Assembly: GCA_002633005.1 (NCBI GenBank)
Contig: NMRA01000111.1
Coordinates: 52,360-116,359 of the forward strand
From: Phoronis australis
Lineage: Eukaryota > Animalia > Phoronida
Reading direction: 5' to 3'
Length of the DNA: 64,000 nucleotides
Part shown: one piece after another, positions 62,751 to 64,000 of the stretch
Position numbering within the stretch: the first letter of the stretch is position 1
Layout: the number at the start of each line of letters is the position of its first letter
Position numbers and translations under genes: made by a program
The notes under the pieces: model-generated
What the model was told of the DNA's origin: nothing
The model's input: the letters and a program-made list of their open reading frames with translations, nothing else
The model's database searches: none

Positions 62751-64000
62751 GTTAGTGCTAGTAGACTGTGAAATTGTGTGGTAGTTTTTATTCCAAGCCA
62801 AGTTTTAATTATTTAAAAGCGTTGCTGGAGATTAGTGGGTCTGCTGTGTCAAAGGACAGACTCCAGGATACAGCTGAATTGTAGGCATGAGATTATGAAC
62901 ATGATGCTATGTTATGTGTAAATTACAACACTACACTCCAAAAAAGTTGTAATTTTCTCAAACACTTGTGCTATGAACCCACCGTCTGTTTAAAGAAGCA
63001 ATTGGATTTACACCACTTGCAATTAAAAATTGGTCTCAATTAGTTCTCTTAAATAGTAAGTGATTTCTGGACTTTGGAACAACAGACACTTGGTTGTAGC
63101 TTGAGATCATGATCAGTACATAAAGTGACTGGCCAGGTGTGCTTTAGATCATCATCAGTGCACAAATTGATCTGCCAGATCAAGCTAACTTGTTGATGCT
63201 GGTCTCAAGCAATAACAAGTTACCCCTTCTTCCCAACTTTTTGAATTCACTTTGAATCTATTAGGAACTATTGTAAGGCCAATTTTATTTCAGGTGGTCC
63301 AAAACTTATTTAGTATTTGCAAGTTGCTCACACCTTTAATGATGATTATAATAAAGAGTGAGCTGTGCAAAAGCCTTGGCTATGGATACGCTTGCAACTT
63401 TTGATAATACAGTCCAGATATTGTTCCTTGACCTATTGTAACTCTCTGCTCGTGGGCTAGAGGCCTTCGAGTTCTTTTCTTGGAAGTGACAAAAATTGTC
63501 ATATTCTCCCACTTCATAGTTGCTGAATAAAGATTTAGTCAAATAATATGAGCCCATCACAGTCCACAAATAGTCAAATGGAAATTATCTCAGTAACTAA
63601 CAGTTATGTGCATGTTCTCAGAGACAGTGTCCTTTTCTCAAGTGAGATTTAACTGTTTTTCAGAAATGTTTTTGTGGAGCCAAAGACCAAATTTTTGTCT
63701 TAAGTCCAAATTCACTTTTCATGAAACAAACCTCAGATATTAGACCTACACCTGTTGTGACTCACTGCTGGTTGGCTGGAGGACTTTGTATTTTTTCGTT
63801 ACTGAGTCTTGTGAGCTGATAAGTCATGATTTCTTATCAGTTATCATTGCAAAAGGCAGCTTTAATACTATGCAATAACACTCTGGTCTCCTTAATGTTT
63901 ACTCATTCTTATAAGCAATGTGAATGAAGAAGCATATTTGTGAAAACAACCCTGTGAACTAAGCTTTAGGTGAATGCTGTTGATTTCCTTAATTTTGTTC

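Overview
Animal (probably lophotrochozoan invertebrate) nuclear genomic DNA, intron-rich, with no prokaryotic features. Three conserved housekeeping genes can be reconstructed exon by exon with consistent splice phases: NCoR/SMRT nuclear receptor corepressor (+, 5005-28874, 5' end not found), CCT6/TCP-1-zeta (-, 57050-30331, complete, 14 exons, 531 aa) and the 5' part of NADPH-cytochrome P450 reductase (POR, +, from 59856, running off the window). NCoR and CCT6 are tail-to-tail; CCT6 and POR are head-to-head. The 15.5-kb first intron of CCT6 holds an antisense single-exon class A GPCR, a truncated paralogue of it, and a stack of nested non-autonomous transposons (TTAA-type, Helentron-like, Merlin-like, hAT-like with 5-bp TSD, Tc1/mariner-like, Penelope-like). 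I found no clearly new multi-gene system. The best leads are: (i) repeated decayed duplications of exon/intron junctions in all three genes; (ii) a spliced antisense micro-ORF/alternative leader beside CCT6 exon 1; (iii) a tandem Cys4 THAP/ZAD-like module between the NCoR SANT domains; (iv) a 48-nt NCoR cassette exon with RBFOX/QKI motifs; (v) a candidate intronic C/D snoRNA. All coordinates were read by eye and may be off by a few bases.
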